Source: an uncultured Candidatus Rokubacteria bacterium
GTDB taxonomy: Bacteria; Methylomirabilota; Methylomirabilia; Rokubacteriales; CSP1-6
Length of the DNA: 64,000 nt
Direction of reading: 5' to 3'
Assembly: GCA_963747235.1 (NCBI GenBank)
Contig: CAVVEU010000033.1
Coordinates: 96,001-160,000 of the forward strand
Positions 23,687 through 34,106 of the stretch are shown piece after piece; position 1 is the stretch's first letter, and every line of letters begins with the position of its first letter. A program made the position numbers and the translations under genes. The notes under the pieces are model-generated. The model was not told the DNA's origin and did not search any database. It saw only the letters and a list, made by a program, of their open reading frames with translations.

Positions 23687-23701
23687 CTCGGCGATTTCGC
23701 G

Positions 23702-23717
23702 TGGCACAGGGAATGCT
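23702..23717 (+). promoter_or_regulatory. sigma54 (-24/-12) promoter
   Basis: TGGCACAGGGAATGCT: GG-N10-GC, 26 bp before ATG 23744 with AGGAGG RBS. Confidence 0.7.
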
Positions 23718-23743
23718 CTTTCGCGCGGGCAGGAGGATCAATC

Positions 23744-24133
23744 ATGCATCGTGCGATCACGCGCATTCTCGTTCCCGCGACACTCGCGGTCGGAGTTCTC
23801 TCCGGCTGCGCCGTGCAGGACCCGACCTATCCGCCGACCACCGGCGCCGTCCTCGGCGCCCCCACACAGCCGCGGACGGTCGAGTATTCCAATGGCAAGT
23901 ATCAGCTCTACGGCGACGGCTCGACCGCATCGCCCTATTACTGGGTCTGGGTGCCGGCCGGGACGAATCCGCCCGCGCCACCCGCGCTCCCGCCGCAGCG
24001 GGTCGCCACCGCCTCGACGGACGGACGCTATCAGCTCTACGGGGACGGCTCGTCGTCGTCGCCCTACTACTGGGTGTGGGTGCCCACCGGCTCGTCGGTG
24101 GTCCCGCCTCCTCCCCCGCCGCCTCGACGGTAG
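23744..24133 (+). CDS. Hypothetical lipoprotein with two YQLYGDG...PYYWVWVP repeats
   Basis: Lipobox LSGC (Cys22); two 24-aa repeats 43 codons apart; Pro-rich linkers. Confidence 0.8.
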   Translation: MHRAITRILVPATLAVGVLSGCAVQDPTYPPTTGAVLGAPTQPRTVEYSNGKYQLYGDGSTASPYYWVWVPAGTNPPAPPALPPQRVATASTDGRYQLYGDGSSSSPYYWVWVPTGSSVVPPPPPPPRR

Positions 24134-24203
24134 CGAGCGGCGGCGGCGCGTCGACGCGGGAGCGGAACGGCTCTCGCGCGACGCGCGGGCGGCTATCGAC
24201 TCG

Positions 24204-24800
24204 CTATCTAGTGGGCGGAGGCGGCGGCGGTCCCGGCGGAGGCGGCGGGATGGTCGGCGATACCGCGCTGGCCGGCGGAACCGAGGTGGCCGGCGGGGGC
24301 GGAGGTGGCGGCGGAGCGGGCGGCGAGTACGCCGGCTGCTGCTGCACGCGCGAGCCGCGGGCCCCCGGCACCTGGTTGCCCTTGGCGTACATGCACTGCG
24401 TGTAGCTCATGTCGTAGCGGCGCTGCACCGACCCGCCGTACGCGTCGCCGCGGCTCGCGCCGATCGCGGTGCCGCCGAGCAGGCCGACGCCCGCGCCGGC
24501 CGCCGCCCCGATGGCCGGGTTGCCGGCGGCAGCGCCGAGCGCGGCGCCCGCCGCGGCGCCGACCACGGTGCCGATCACCGCGCCGCCGACCGTGCTCTCG
24601 GTCGCGGTCCTCTGCGCGGTGGTGCCGACCTGCTGCGAGGCCCACTGGCGGCAGACCGCGTCGTCGACCTGGAACTGCTCGAAGCTCTTGCTGCTGCCCG
24701 GCAACACCATGACGCTCGGACCGTGGGGCACGGTGGCGCAGCCGCTCAGCAGCGCGCCGGCCAGCACCACCGCGACGCTCCCGCGCGCGATCCGGTTCAT
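24204..24800 (-). CDS. Glycine-zipper lipoprotein
   Basis: Lipobox LLSGC, FQVDDAVC, GxxxG zipper, YTQCMYAKGN, poly-Pro tail. Confidence 0.8.
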   Translation of the reverse strand: MNRIARGSVAVVLAGALLSGCATVPHGPSVMVLPGSSKSFEQFQVDDAVCRQWASQQVGTTAQRTATESTVGGAVIGTVVGAAAGAALGAAAGNPAIGAAAGAGVGLLGGTAIGASRGDAYGGSVQRRYDMSYTQCMYAKGNQVPGARGSRVQQQPAYSPPAPPPPPPPPATSVPPASAVSPTIPPPPPGPPPPPPTR

Positions 24801-25141
24801 CGCGGCCGCTCCGGTATCTTCACCCACTCCTCCGGGCAGCTCGGCACCGTCGGGTAGTAGCCGTGGGCGCTCGAGCAGTAGTACCAGTACGCGGTGGATG
24901 CCGCCGGGGGGGCCGGCGCCACGGGCGGCCGCTCGACGTAGACCGGCGGCTCCTCCACCACCACCGTGGGCGGCCGGTAGATGTAGTAGGGCGGCGGCGG
25001 ATAGTAGTACGGGTAGGGCCCCCAGTAGGGACCGACGCCGACGTAGACGCCGCCGCGCCAGTGATGCCAGGTGTAGCCCGGCGTGACCGTGACCGCGAGC
25101 ACCGCGACCACCAGCAGCAGGATCAGCAGGGTCTTTTTCAT
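24797..25141 (-). CDS. Hypothetical secreted Pro/Tyr-rich protein
   Basis: Signal peptide, YYYPPPPYY, C-terminal YWYYC...GYYP.V..C..W; stop overlaps next start (ATGA). Confidence 0.8.
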   Translation of the reverse strand: MKKTLLILLLVVAVLAVTVTPGYTWHHWRGGVYVGVGPYWGPYPYYYPPPPYYIYRPPTVVVEEPPVYVERPPVAPAPPAASTAYWYYCSSAHGYYPTVPSCPEEWVKIPERPR

Positions 25142-25155
25142 ATCCGCCTCACTCT

Positions 25156-25183
25156 GACGCGCATTGGGACCACTTCATTTACA
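25156..25183 (-). promoter_or_regulatory. Candidate ECF-sigma promoter
   Basis: Minus strand TGTAAAT-17 bp-CGTC just upstream of ATG 25141; same layout as 9970. Confidence 0.35.
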
Positions 25184-25241
25184 TCGATTCCAGCATATCG
25201 CCCGGGACGCATTAACTCCATCTGTTACGATGATGAGTACG

Positions 25242-27286
25242 ATGCGGGCCATGCGGCGGATCTTCGCGGGATTGCTGGCGTTGCTGATGGTCCTGGGCGC
25301 CACGCCTGCCGGCTGGGCAGGCAGCTCGAGCCCGCCGCCTCCCGCCGGAGCCCCCGCCCCGGCCGACCCCGAGACCGAGGCCGACGCCCAGGAGACCACG
25401 CCGCCCCGCGTCAGCTACATCCACGGCGAGGTCTCCTTCTGGCGGCCGGGCGCCACCGACTGGGCCCCTGCCGCGCTCAACATGCCCCTGGCCCCGGGCG
25501 ACGTGCTCTATGCGGGGCCGGCGGGGAACGTGGAGATCCAGATCGGCCCGCGGGCCTTCGCTCGCGCCGCCTACGGCGCCCAGCTCGGCCTCGACAACCA
25601 GGAGCCCGACTTCATCCAGCTCCGGGTCACGTCGGGCTATGCCGCGCTCGACCTGCGCGAGCTCGCGCCGGGCCACACGGTGGAGCTCGATACGCCCGGC
25701 GCGGCCTTCACGGTGGAGCGCGCCGGGTACTACCACGCCGAGGTCAGGCCCGACACCACCGCGTTCCGGACCTATCGCGGCGGCAGCGCGGTCATGACGC
25801 CGGCCGGGGGCGCCGCGACACCGGTGGCGGCGAATCAGCAGGTGGTCATCACCGGCGGTGATGCGCCGCGCGTCGAGACGACGGCGCCGCCCGCGCTGAC
25901 CGCGTGGGATCGCTGGAACTACCAGCGCAGCGACTACCTCGCGCAGCCCGCCAGCGCGAAGCAGGTCCCCGCGGGCGTCTACGGAGCGGAGGCCCTCGAT
26001 CAGCACGGGACCTGGCGCACGGTGGAGAGCTACGGCAGCGTGTGGGTGCCGGCGGGCGTGGCGCCGGGCTGGTCGCCCTACTCCACCGGCCGGTGGATCT
26101 GGGATCCGCGCTTCGGGTGGACGTGGCTCGACGACGCGCCGTGGGGCTGGGCGCCGTATCACCACGGCCGCTGGATCTTCGTCGGCAGCTACTGGGCGTG
26201 GGCGCCGGGCCCGCTCATCGTGCGGCCCGTCTACTCGCCCGCGCTGGTGGTCTTCCTCGGCGGGCCCGTCATCGTGGGGCGACCGCTCTACTGGGCCCCG
26301 CTCGGCTGGGGCGAGCCCGTGATCCGGTGGTGGGGCCGGCCGCGCTACGTCGGCGTCGCCTGGTGGGGTGGCTGGGGCGGCCCGCGCGTGGTGAACAATG
26401 TCGTCATCAACCGCGCCACCACCGTGAACGTCACGACCATCAACGTCTACCGCAACGTGAACGTGACCAACGCGGTGGTGGGCGTGCCCGCCGACCGCTT
26501 CGGCCAGGGCGCGGTGCGCCCCGTCCGCCTCGCGGACGCCGGCGAGGCGCAGCGGCTCACGCCGGTGCGCGGCGCGGTGGACGTGCGGCCGGTCGCGGCC
26601 AGCGTCACCGGGAGCGCGACCGCCGCCGCCACGCGGCCGCCGGACGCGATCCGCGCGCGGCCGGTGGTGGCGACGCGCGCGCCCGTCGACACCGCGCCGG
26701 TGCTGCGCGAGCAGGGCCTGCCCGCCGCGGCGGCCGCGACCGCGCCGCAGCCCCAGCAGCGCATCGTGCCCGCGCCCGCGCGCGTGACGCCGCCGGCCGC
26801 GAGCGTGACCCCGACACCGGGCGCGGCCGGACGCCGGCCGCGCCACGCCCACGCCCGATGACGGCCAGCGCGAGCGCGCGCGCGGCGGCGACCGTGGCCC
26901 GCGTCAGACCACGCCGCCCGATGCGGGCCGTGTCCCGGCGCCCGCCCGTCCAACCGTGACACCGCCCGCGACGAGCACACCCGGCGCTCCCTCGGTAAGC
27001 GCGCCCACGCCGCAGCCGCCGCCGCCGCCGCAGCAGACCGCGCCGCCGGCCCCGGCCGCGCCCGCCGCTCGCCAGGCTCCGGCCGCTACTCCTCCTGGGT
27101 CGCCACCGGCTCCCGCCGTCCAGAACGCGCCGCCCCGGGCGCGACAGACCGCACCCGCCGAGCGTCCACAACGCGTGGAGCCGCAGGGCAAGGGCACGCC
27201 CGATCGCGGCCCGGCCGAGCGTGGTGGCCAGGAGCGCGGCGGCCAAGAACGCGGCGACCGCGGCCCGCGCGGCGACCGCGGCTTAG
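25242..27286 (+). CDS. FecR-domain/DUF6600-like Trp/Pro-rich secreted protein (3' part frameshifted, end approximate)
   Basis: Signal peptide, RVSYIHGEVSF, LDTPGAAF (FecR-like), LDQHGTW, WSPYSTGRW, APWGWAPYHHGRW; Pro-rich tail with GGQER/RGDRG repeats. Confidence 0.75.
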
Positions 27287-27300
27287 CTCGCGCGACCGCT

Positions 27301-27337
27301 CCGGGGGAGGTTCGGAAGGGCGCAGCCCTCCGAGCTA
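27301..27337. repeat. Short REP-like hairpin between convergent genes
   Basis: TCGGAAGGGC-GCA-GCCCTCCGA imperfect stem. Confidence 0.45.
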
Positions 27338-28143
27338 CGAATTCCGGCGCGCATGAAGCTCTGCACGAACTGCCGCTGGAAGAGCAGGAACGCGACCAGC
27401 AGCGGGCCCGAGGTCATCAAGGTCGCGGCGGTGATGATGGACCAGTCCACTCCCTGATCCACCGACGAGAAGACCTGCAGCCCCACCGTCAGCGGGCGCG
27501 ACTGCACGGAGTTCGTCACGATCAGCGGCCACAGGAAGTTGTTCCAGTGGTAGCTGACCGAGACCAGCCCGTAGGCGATGTACACCGGCTTCGCGAGCGG
27601 GACGTACACCCGCCAGAGCACTTCCAGCGGCCCGGCGCCTTCCACGCGCGCGGCCTCGTCCAGCTCCTTCGGCACCGTCTTGAAGGTCTGCCGCAGCAGG
27701 AAGATGCCGAAGGCCGAGGCCATGTAGGGCAGGCCGATGGCGGCCAGGGTGTCGAGGATGCCGAGCCGGCTCATGGTCCGGTAGTTCTCCACGATGAGCA
27801 CGTCCGGCATGATCATGAGCTGCACCAGCACGAGCAGGAACGCGGCGGAGCGGCCCGCGAAGGCGAAGCGCGCGAAGGCGTAGGCCGCGAGCGTGCAGAG
27901 CACGAGCTGCACGGCCAGGATCATGGTGACCAGCGCGATGGTGTTGACGAAGTAACGGGCGAACGGCGCGGCCGCCCAGGCCTTGACGAAGTTCTCGAGG
28001 CTGAGCGGCGCGGTCAGCACGAAGCGCGTCGAGAACTCGGAGGGGTGGAAGGCGGTCCAGAACGCATAGGCCAGCGGCAGGACCCAGAGCACGCCGAGCA
28101 GCCAGGCCCCCGCGGTCTCGAGCGCGCGCCCGGGCCGCGTCAC
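27335..28143 (-). CDS. ugpE: Glycerol-3-phosphate-type ABC permease (UgpE-like)
   Basis: FGIFLLRQTF, ELDEAARVEG, SVSYHWNNFLWPL, FQRQFVQSFMRAGIR; probable 1-nt slip at the stop. Confidence 0.8.
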
Positions 28144-29021
28144 TGGTAGTGCACCCGGCGGTCCAGCAGCAGGAACTGGCCGAGCGCCACCGCGGCCAGG
28201 ATCACCAGCAGCACCAGGGTCAGCGCCGCCGCGTAGGCCTGGTCCCAGAACTTGAAGCCGACATCGTAGATGTAATAGAGCAGGAGCGCGGTGGTGTTGT
28301 CGGGCCCGCCCTTGGTCATCACCACGATGTGATCCACGAGCCGGAACGAGTTGATCACCGCGTTGACCAGCACGAAGAGCGTGGTCGGCATCAGCAGCGG
28401 GAACGTCACCCGGCGGAAGAAGTACCAGCGGCTCGCGCCCATGAGGGACGCCGCCTCGCCCAGATTCGGCGAGAGCGACTGGAGCGCGGCCAGGTAGAAG
28501 ATCATGAAGAAGCCCGCCTCCTTCCACACCGTCACCACCACCAGGCAGCCCAGCGCGGTCTCGCGGCTGCCGAGCCAGTTGTGGCTCGGCAGCCCGAAGA
28601 GCCCGGTGATCTGCTCGAGCAGGCCATAGCCCGGCGTGTAGAAGAAGAGCCAGATGTTCGCCACCGCGATCATCGGCAGCACGGTCGGCGTGAAGAAGGC
28701 CAGGCGCAGCAACCCCCGCCCCGCGATCCGCCCGTTCACCCACACCGCCATCAGGAGCGCCAGCGCCACCGACACCGGAATGGTCCCCACCGCGAACCAG
28801 AAGTTGTTCCCCAGCGCCTGCCAGAACACCGGATCCTCGACCATCGCCTGATAGTTGTCGAGCCCCACCCACACCCCGGGCCGTCCCGCCTTCGGATTGG
28901 AGAACAAGCTCGTGTAAATGGTCGCCGCCACCGGAAAGTGCGTGAACGTCACCAGCAGCACCGCCGCCGGCATCAGCAGCAGCCACCCGATCACATGCAC
29001 CCGCCACGCGTGCGACATCAC
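28140..29021 (-). CDS. ugpA: Glycerol-3-phosphate-type ABC permease (UgpA-like)
   Basis: WVGLDNY, WKEAGFFMIFYLAALQ, MTKGGPDN, RRVHYQ C-terminus. Confidence 0.85.
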   Translation of the reverse strand: MMSHAWRVHVIGWLLLMPAAVLLVTFTHFPVAATIYTSLFSNPKAGRPGVWVGLDNYQAMVEDPVFWQALGNNFWFAVGTIPVSVALALLMAVWVNGRIAGRGLLRLAFFTPTVLPMIAVANIWLFFYTPGYGLLEQITGLFGLPSHNWLGSRETALGCLVVVTVWKEAGFFMIFYLAALQSLSPNLGEAASLMGASRWYFFRRVTFPLLMPTTLFVLVNAVINSFRLVDHIVVMTKGGPDNTTALLLYYIYDVGFKFWDQAYAAALTLVLLVILAAVALGQFLLLDRRVHYQ

Positions 29022-29096
29022 GACATCGAGCGCCAGAACCGTGGGCGCCGGGCGGGGGCGGCGGGCCCGATTCGATGATCATCTTTAGACATCCGA

Positions 29097-29265
29097 GTGC
29101 GGCGGGCGGGGCCGGGGGCGGGGCGGGCCTCCCGGGAACCGTGTCTTCTGCGCGTCGCCGAAGTCGCGCGCCCCCATCTCGTGGCCCGTCATGAGTGCAG
29201 GTCACGGGTCGCGAGTCAGCGTGTTCCCGGGAGGCCCGCCCCGCCCCCGGCCCCGCTCGCCGCAC
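29097..29265. repeat. 169-bp element with 43-bp G-rich inverted repeats
   Basis: Arms 29097-29139 / 29223-29265 with one G-T; inner hairpin CTCGTGGCCCGT/ACGGGTCGCGAG. Confidence 0.85.
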
Positions 29266-29270
29266 GCCCC

Positions 29271-30572
29271 TCACCGCCGATAGGGCCGCAAGATGCGGTC
29301 GGCCTCGCGCTGCGCGTCCTTCATGGCCTGGTCGGCCGACTTGGCTCCGGTGAGCGCGGCCTGCAGCCCGTCGTTCAGCGCCTTGGTCACGCGCTGGTTG
29401 TCGTGCGTGGAGAGCTCGGCCACCGCGTGCGGGAGCTGATCGCGCGCCACCGCGGCGGCGGCGAAGCCCGCCACGTACTGCTTCATCGCCGGCGTCTCCC
29501 ACGCGTCCGGCCGCACCGCCACGTAGCCGGTGTCGATGCCCCACTGCGCGGCCCGCTGGGGCGACGTGATCCACTTGATGAACCGGAGCGAGGCGGCCTG
29601 CTGGGCGGGCGTGCTCTTCTTGAAGATGTGGAAGTTGCCGCCGCCGGTCGGCGAGCCGCGCCGCTTGCCCGCGGGCAGCATCGCCACGCCGAACTCGAAC
29701 TTGGCGTTGTTCTTCACGTTGGTGAGGTTGCCGGTGGTCGTCCACATCATGGCGGTCTTGCGCTCGAAGAAGTCCTTCGGCGTGGTGCCCCATTCGATGA
29801 TCCCGGTCGGCATGACCTTGTGCTTGCCGCTCAGGTCCACCCAGTACTGGAGCGCTTCCACCACCGCCGGCTTGTCGTAGTAGGTCTCGTTGCCGGCCTG
29901 GTTCATCAGCAGCACGTCGTTCTGGGTGGTGAAGCCCTGGAAGAGCCAGTACGGGAAGCCGGACGACGGCACCTCGAGCCCCCACTGGGTGACGTTGCCG
30001 CTGCCGTCGCGCTTGGTCAGCTTCCGGGCGTAGTCGACCTGCTCGGCCCAGGTGGCGGGCGGCCTGTTGGGGTCGAGCCCGGCCTCCTTGAAGGCCTCCT
30101 TGTTCCAGTACAGCACGATGGTGGAGCGCTGGAACGGGATGCCCCAGGTCTTGCCCCCGGTCTGGCTGTTGAGCATGAACGCGGGGAAGAAGCTCTTGAG
30201 CCAGGCCTGGTCCTCGGCGCTCGTGGCCATCGCGTCGAAGGGCACGATCGCGTCCTCGTCGATCAGCGTGAACATGTCGGTGGAGAGCAGCACCGACATC
30301 TGCGGCGGCTCGCCGCTCTTGAGCGCGGTGAGCACCTTGACGATCGTCTCCTGGTAGGTGCCGGCGTAGATCGGCTTCACCCGGATGCCCGGGTTCTCCT
30401 TCTCGAAGTCGGCGGCCAGGCCGTCGATGATCTTGGTCACCGGCCCGCCCACCGCGACCGGGTAGTAGAAGGTGAGCTCCACCGGGGCCTGGGCGCCCGC
30501 GGGGACCGCGCCGCCTGCGAAGGCGGCGAGCAGGATCGCCGCGGTGAGCCATCCGAGCATGCGTCTCGTCAT
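29271..30572 (-). CDS. ugpB: ABC substrate-binding protein (UgpB-like)
   Basis: Signal peptide from ATG 30572 with GAGGAGG RBS; FYYPVAVGG, GIPFQRST, SPTGGGN, TGYVA. Confidence 0.85.
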   Translation of the reverse strand: MTRRMLGWLTAAILLAAFAGGAVPAGAQAPVELTFYYPVAVGGPVTKIIDGLAADFEKENPGIRVKPIYAGTYQETIVKVLTALKSGEPPQMSVLLSTDMFTLIDEDAIVPFDAMATSAEDQAWLKSFFPAFMLNSQTGGKTWGIPFQRSTIVLYWNKEAFKEAGLDPNRPPATWAEQVDYARKLTKRDGSGNVTQWGLEVPSSGFPYWLFQGFTTQNDVLLMNQAGNETYYDKPAVVEALQYWVDLSGKHKVMPTGIIEWGTTPKDFFERKTAMMWTTTGNLTNVKNNAKFEFGVAMLPAGKRRGSPTGGGNFHIFKKSTPAQQAASLRFIKWITSPQRAAQWGIDTGYVAVRPDAWETPAMKQYVAGFAAAAVARDQLPHAVAELSTHDNQRVTKALNDGLQAALTGAKSADQAMKDAQREADRILRPYRR

Positions 30573-31674
30573 GAGTGGCCTCCTCGTCATCGAGCAGATG
30601 GTTGGAACAACGGGCGCGCCGCTGCGACGGCTCCCGCTCTGGGCATCGAACACGTGCGTGGCGTCCGGGCTCCACGAGAGCCGGACCGGCGCGCCGGGGG
30701 ACAGCGCGACGCGCCCCGGCGCCCGCACCGCGAGGGTCTGGCTCCCCACCGCGCAGGTCACGATCGAATCGGCGCCGAGGTACTCGACGCTCTTCACGGT
30801 CGCGCCCACCCCGTCGCCGCTCGCCCGCTCGTCCAGGTGGATGTCCTCGGGGCGGATGCCGAGCAGCAGCCCCGTCCCCCGCCCCGCGAGCAGCGGCGGC
30901 CCCGCGGTGCCGCCAATCACCGCGCCGCCCGCGCCGTCGGCCAGCGTGAGGATGTTCATGGGCGGCGTGCCGATGAAGCGGGCGGTGAAGGCGGTGGCGG
31001 GCCGCGCGTAGAGCCGGTCGGGCGGCGCGTCCTGCTCGACGCGGCCGTCGCGGAGCAGGATCACCTGGTCGGCCATGCTCATGGCCTCGGTCTGGTCGTG
31101 CGTCACGTAGACCATGGTGATGCCGAGGCTCTGCTGGAGCGACCGGATCTCGCGGCGCATCTCGAGGCGGAGCTGGGCGTCCAGGTTCGAGAGCGGCTCG
31201 TCCATCAGGCACACCGGCGTCTCCGCGATGAGAGCGCGGCCCAGCGCCACCCGCTGCTGCTGCCCGCCCGAGAGCTGCGACGGCTTGCGCGCGAGCAGCC
31301 CGTCGAGGCCCAGCAGGGTGGCCACGCGATCCAGGCGCTTGCGCGCGCTCGGCCGCGGCCACGCGCCGCACCCGCAGGCCGAAGATGATGTTCTCGGCCA
31401 CCGAGAGATGGGGAAAGAGCGCGTAGGACTGGAAGACCATGGAGAGCCGCCGCTCCGCCGGCGGCAGGTGGGTCACGTCCACGCCGCCGATGGCGATGCG
31501 CCCCGCGGTGGCGAGCTCGAGCCCGGCGATGAGCCGGAGCGTGGTGGACTTGCCGCAACCCGACGGTCCGAGCAGGACCAGCATCTTCCCGGCCGCGGCC
31601 TCGAAGCTCACGTCGTCCACCGCCCGCGTGGGGCCCCACCAGCGGCTCAGGTGCTCGACCGAGATCGCCGACAC
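30573..31674 (-). CDS. ugpC: ABC ATP-binding protein (UgpC/MalK-like; frameshift near 31345, stop uncertain)
   Basis: GPSGCGKST, VFQSYALFPH, LSGGQQQR, MDEPLSNLDA, YVTHDQ, FIGTPPMN. Confidence 0.85.
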
Positions 31675-31684
31675 GGCCGGCCTC

Positions 31685-32180
31685 CTAGGCTCCCACGCGC
31701 GCCGGCTCGAGCCCGAACAGGCGCGTCGCGTTCCGCCAGCGGACCGCGTCGCGGTCGGCCGGGGGCAGCTCGACGGCGGTCTGGCTCGGGCGGCCGATGA
31801 TGAGCGACATCACGAAGTCATCGTAATGCTCACCGGCCGGCAGATCACGTGACGGATGAGAAGAGCGGCCGGCCCAGCGCCTCGGCGGCGGCCAGCAGCG
31901 GGCCGCACGCCGGGTCGTCGAGATACCGGCGCCCGCCGGACGGGGCATCGCTCGGGCTGACGCCCACCATGCGCTCGAGCTCTCGCGCGGCCGCCGACTC
32001 CATGTAGAAGGAGTCGGAGACCAGCGCGTGCGTCACCCCGCACGCGTCGTGGGCCTCGAGCATGCGGCCGAGCACGCGGCGCTCGGCGGTGACGTAGCGC
32101 GGATCGCCGCCATCCGGGAAGCGGGCCAGCGCCCCGTCGGGCAGGACGTGGGCGTGGCACTCGATCAGCGACGTGGCCAG
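31685..32180 (-). pseudogene. Internally deleted amidohydrolase_2 family remnant
   Basis: IECHAHV, YLDDP..PLLAAAEALGRPLF and WRNATRLFGL retained in only ~165 codons; no clear start. Confidence 0.6.
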
Positions 32181-32187
32181 GGCCGGC

Positions 32188-34090
32188 TCAGCGCGGGCAG
32201 ACGAAGTCCCAGAGCGCGCCCGCGCGCTCCACCACCGCGTCCACGTCCTCGGCGAGGAGCTGCCGGGCCGCGACCATCGCGCCCGCGTCCTGGCGCACCC
32301 GCGCGAGATAGGCCTCGCGGCCCGCGTAGCGCTCCTCGATGGAGAGACGCGGGTCGCCCGTCCGCGCCCGCTCCGCCGCGGTGCGCGCGAAGGCCAGCGT
32401 CGAGCCCATCATGGACATGATGTCACCCGGCGCGCCCTGCTCCGGATGGCGCGGGTTCCAGCCCATGAAGGTGGCCAGCGGCACCCGCAGCTCGGGCGGG
32501 CGGATGCCCGCGCGCTCGTTGCCGTCGCCGTCCACCGCGGAGACGAACGTCACGAAGGGCGCGCCCTGCTTGGGCGGCAGGGTGGCGATCCCGCGCTCGA
32601 CCGCGGGCCCGAAGTCGAGCCGCTGCGGTCGCTGGAGCTGATCGGGGAAGCGCGCGCCGGGAATCGCCGCGTAGACGCCGCGGGTCGCCTCGGCGGCCAC
32701 CGCGGTGCCGTCGGCCAGGCGCGGGACCGCGCTCGGCGGCGGCTCCACGCCCTCGGTCACCCAGCGGTCGAGATTCACCAGCGCGGCGCGCAGGAGCGGC
32801 GAGTAATCCACCACGCTGAACGGGTGGAAGCCCCGGCCCCCGGTATTGGGATCCGCCGCGGGCGGCGGCAGCGCGCCCGGCGTGTGCTGGCTCCCCGCGA
32901 AGAGGTACTGGCGCACGTAGGCCGGCGGGGTCACGTCGCGCGTGCCGCCCACGTCGGTGTGCACGAGCGAGCCGTCTCCGCGCCAGTACTCGGCCGAGGT
33001 GTTGATGGTGAAGATGCGCGGCGGCTTCGCGCGCCCGGCCAGGCGCCGGAGCAGCGCGTCGCGCTGGCCGGTGACCGGATCGTCCTGCTCCCCGTCGGTG
33101 AACGGGAACAGGCTGCCGACCGCGTGCACCGCGTTGAGCGACGGCTGGCCGAAGCGGCAGTTGAACTCGCCGCGCCGCGCGCCCGCCACGTGCGGGATCA
33201 CCGCGTCCCAGACGAAGCGGCCGGCCTCGTCCTCGTCGAGGCCCAGGTAGAGCAGGTGCCGCAGGAAGCGGCCGCTCTGCGAGACGCCGAACACGTACGA
33301 CCGCTCGATGGCGCCCGCGCAGGGATTACCCTCGGCGGCGGTGCCCCAGCGCAGGAAGCTCGCGGTGTCGCGCACCGCGGTGAAGCCGAGCCCGACCACC
33401 GGCGGGTCCTCCGCGCGGTAGTAGCAGTCGTAGATGCGGCCGGGCTGAAAGCCGCCGTCGAGCGCGATCGACCCCGAGTCGGGGAAGCGCCAGGCCGAGC
33501 GCGGCACGCGTGGCCGCGGGCGCGTCGCCGTGCTCGCGCACGTGCAGCTCCGCCTCCGGATCGTCGAGGCGCGCCACCGGATGCGGGATGTGGTAGCGGT
33601 CGGCCAGCGGCAGCACGTCCACGCGCGCGTTCGGCCGGAACTCGCAGCGCACGCGCTCGGAGACGCCGGGCACCCGCGGCACCGTCATCGCCATCATGCC
33701 GTCGCGGCGCGGCACGTCGGGCTGCCAGCCGATCCAGGCCACCGTGTAGCCGTGGCGCATCAGGAACCGATTGCCGAAGTCTTCCCTCGAAGTCGGATCG
33801 TTCGAGCGCGGCGTGCTGTTGAACATGCCGAGCGCGATCTTGCGCCCGCGGTTCGGCACGTCGAGGAGCAGCCGGCGGCGCCCGCCGTCGAGCGGCCGCA
33901 GGAGATAGAAGTCGGCGGAGTATTCCACGAGCCCGCGCGCGTTGCGGGGCGCCAGGCCCAGGTCCGCGATCGGCTCGTTCTGCCGGGCCGCCGGATCCGC
34001 GGTGAAATGCAGCACGCCCTCGATCTTCTCGTACGCGCCCCCGGCCGGTACCGGCTCGCGCCGGGTGATGTCGAGCCTGACGACTCCCAT
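32188..34090 (-). CDS. Alpha/beta hydrolase domain-containing protein (~630 aa; frameshift near 33508)
   Basis: DVPNRG, GYTVAWIGWQ, GLGFTAVRD, GVSQSGRF (GxSxS), SAEYW, AVDGDGNE, DPRLSIEERY. Confidence 0.8.
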
Positions 34091-34106
34091 CGCGTGAGCC
34101 TCCGAT

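Noticed and set aside
27200-27282. Short tandem repeats (GGQER, RGDRG)
   Set aside because: Low-complexity coding tail of the FecR-domain protein; no spacers and no cas genes.
29271-31325. Apparent UgpC-UgpB fusion ORF (684 aa)
   Set aside because: ugpB has its own RBS and signal peptide; a cytoplasmic ATPase fused to an exported SBP is implausible, so a slip near 30590 probably removed the stop.
27283-31674. 1463-aa ORF and other very long Arg/Gly/Pro-rich or antisense ORFs (e.g. 3869..6376, 7576..9999, 40399..42849)
   Set aside because: Shadow frames of high-GC genes, or chimeras joining real gene pieces through frameshifts.
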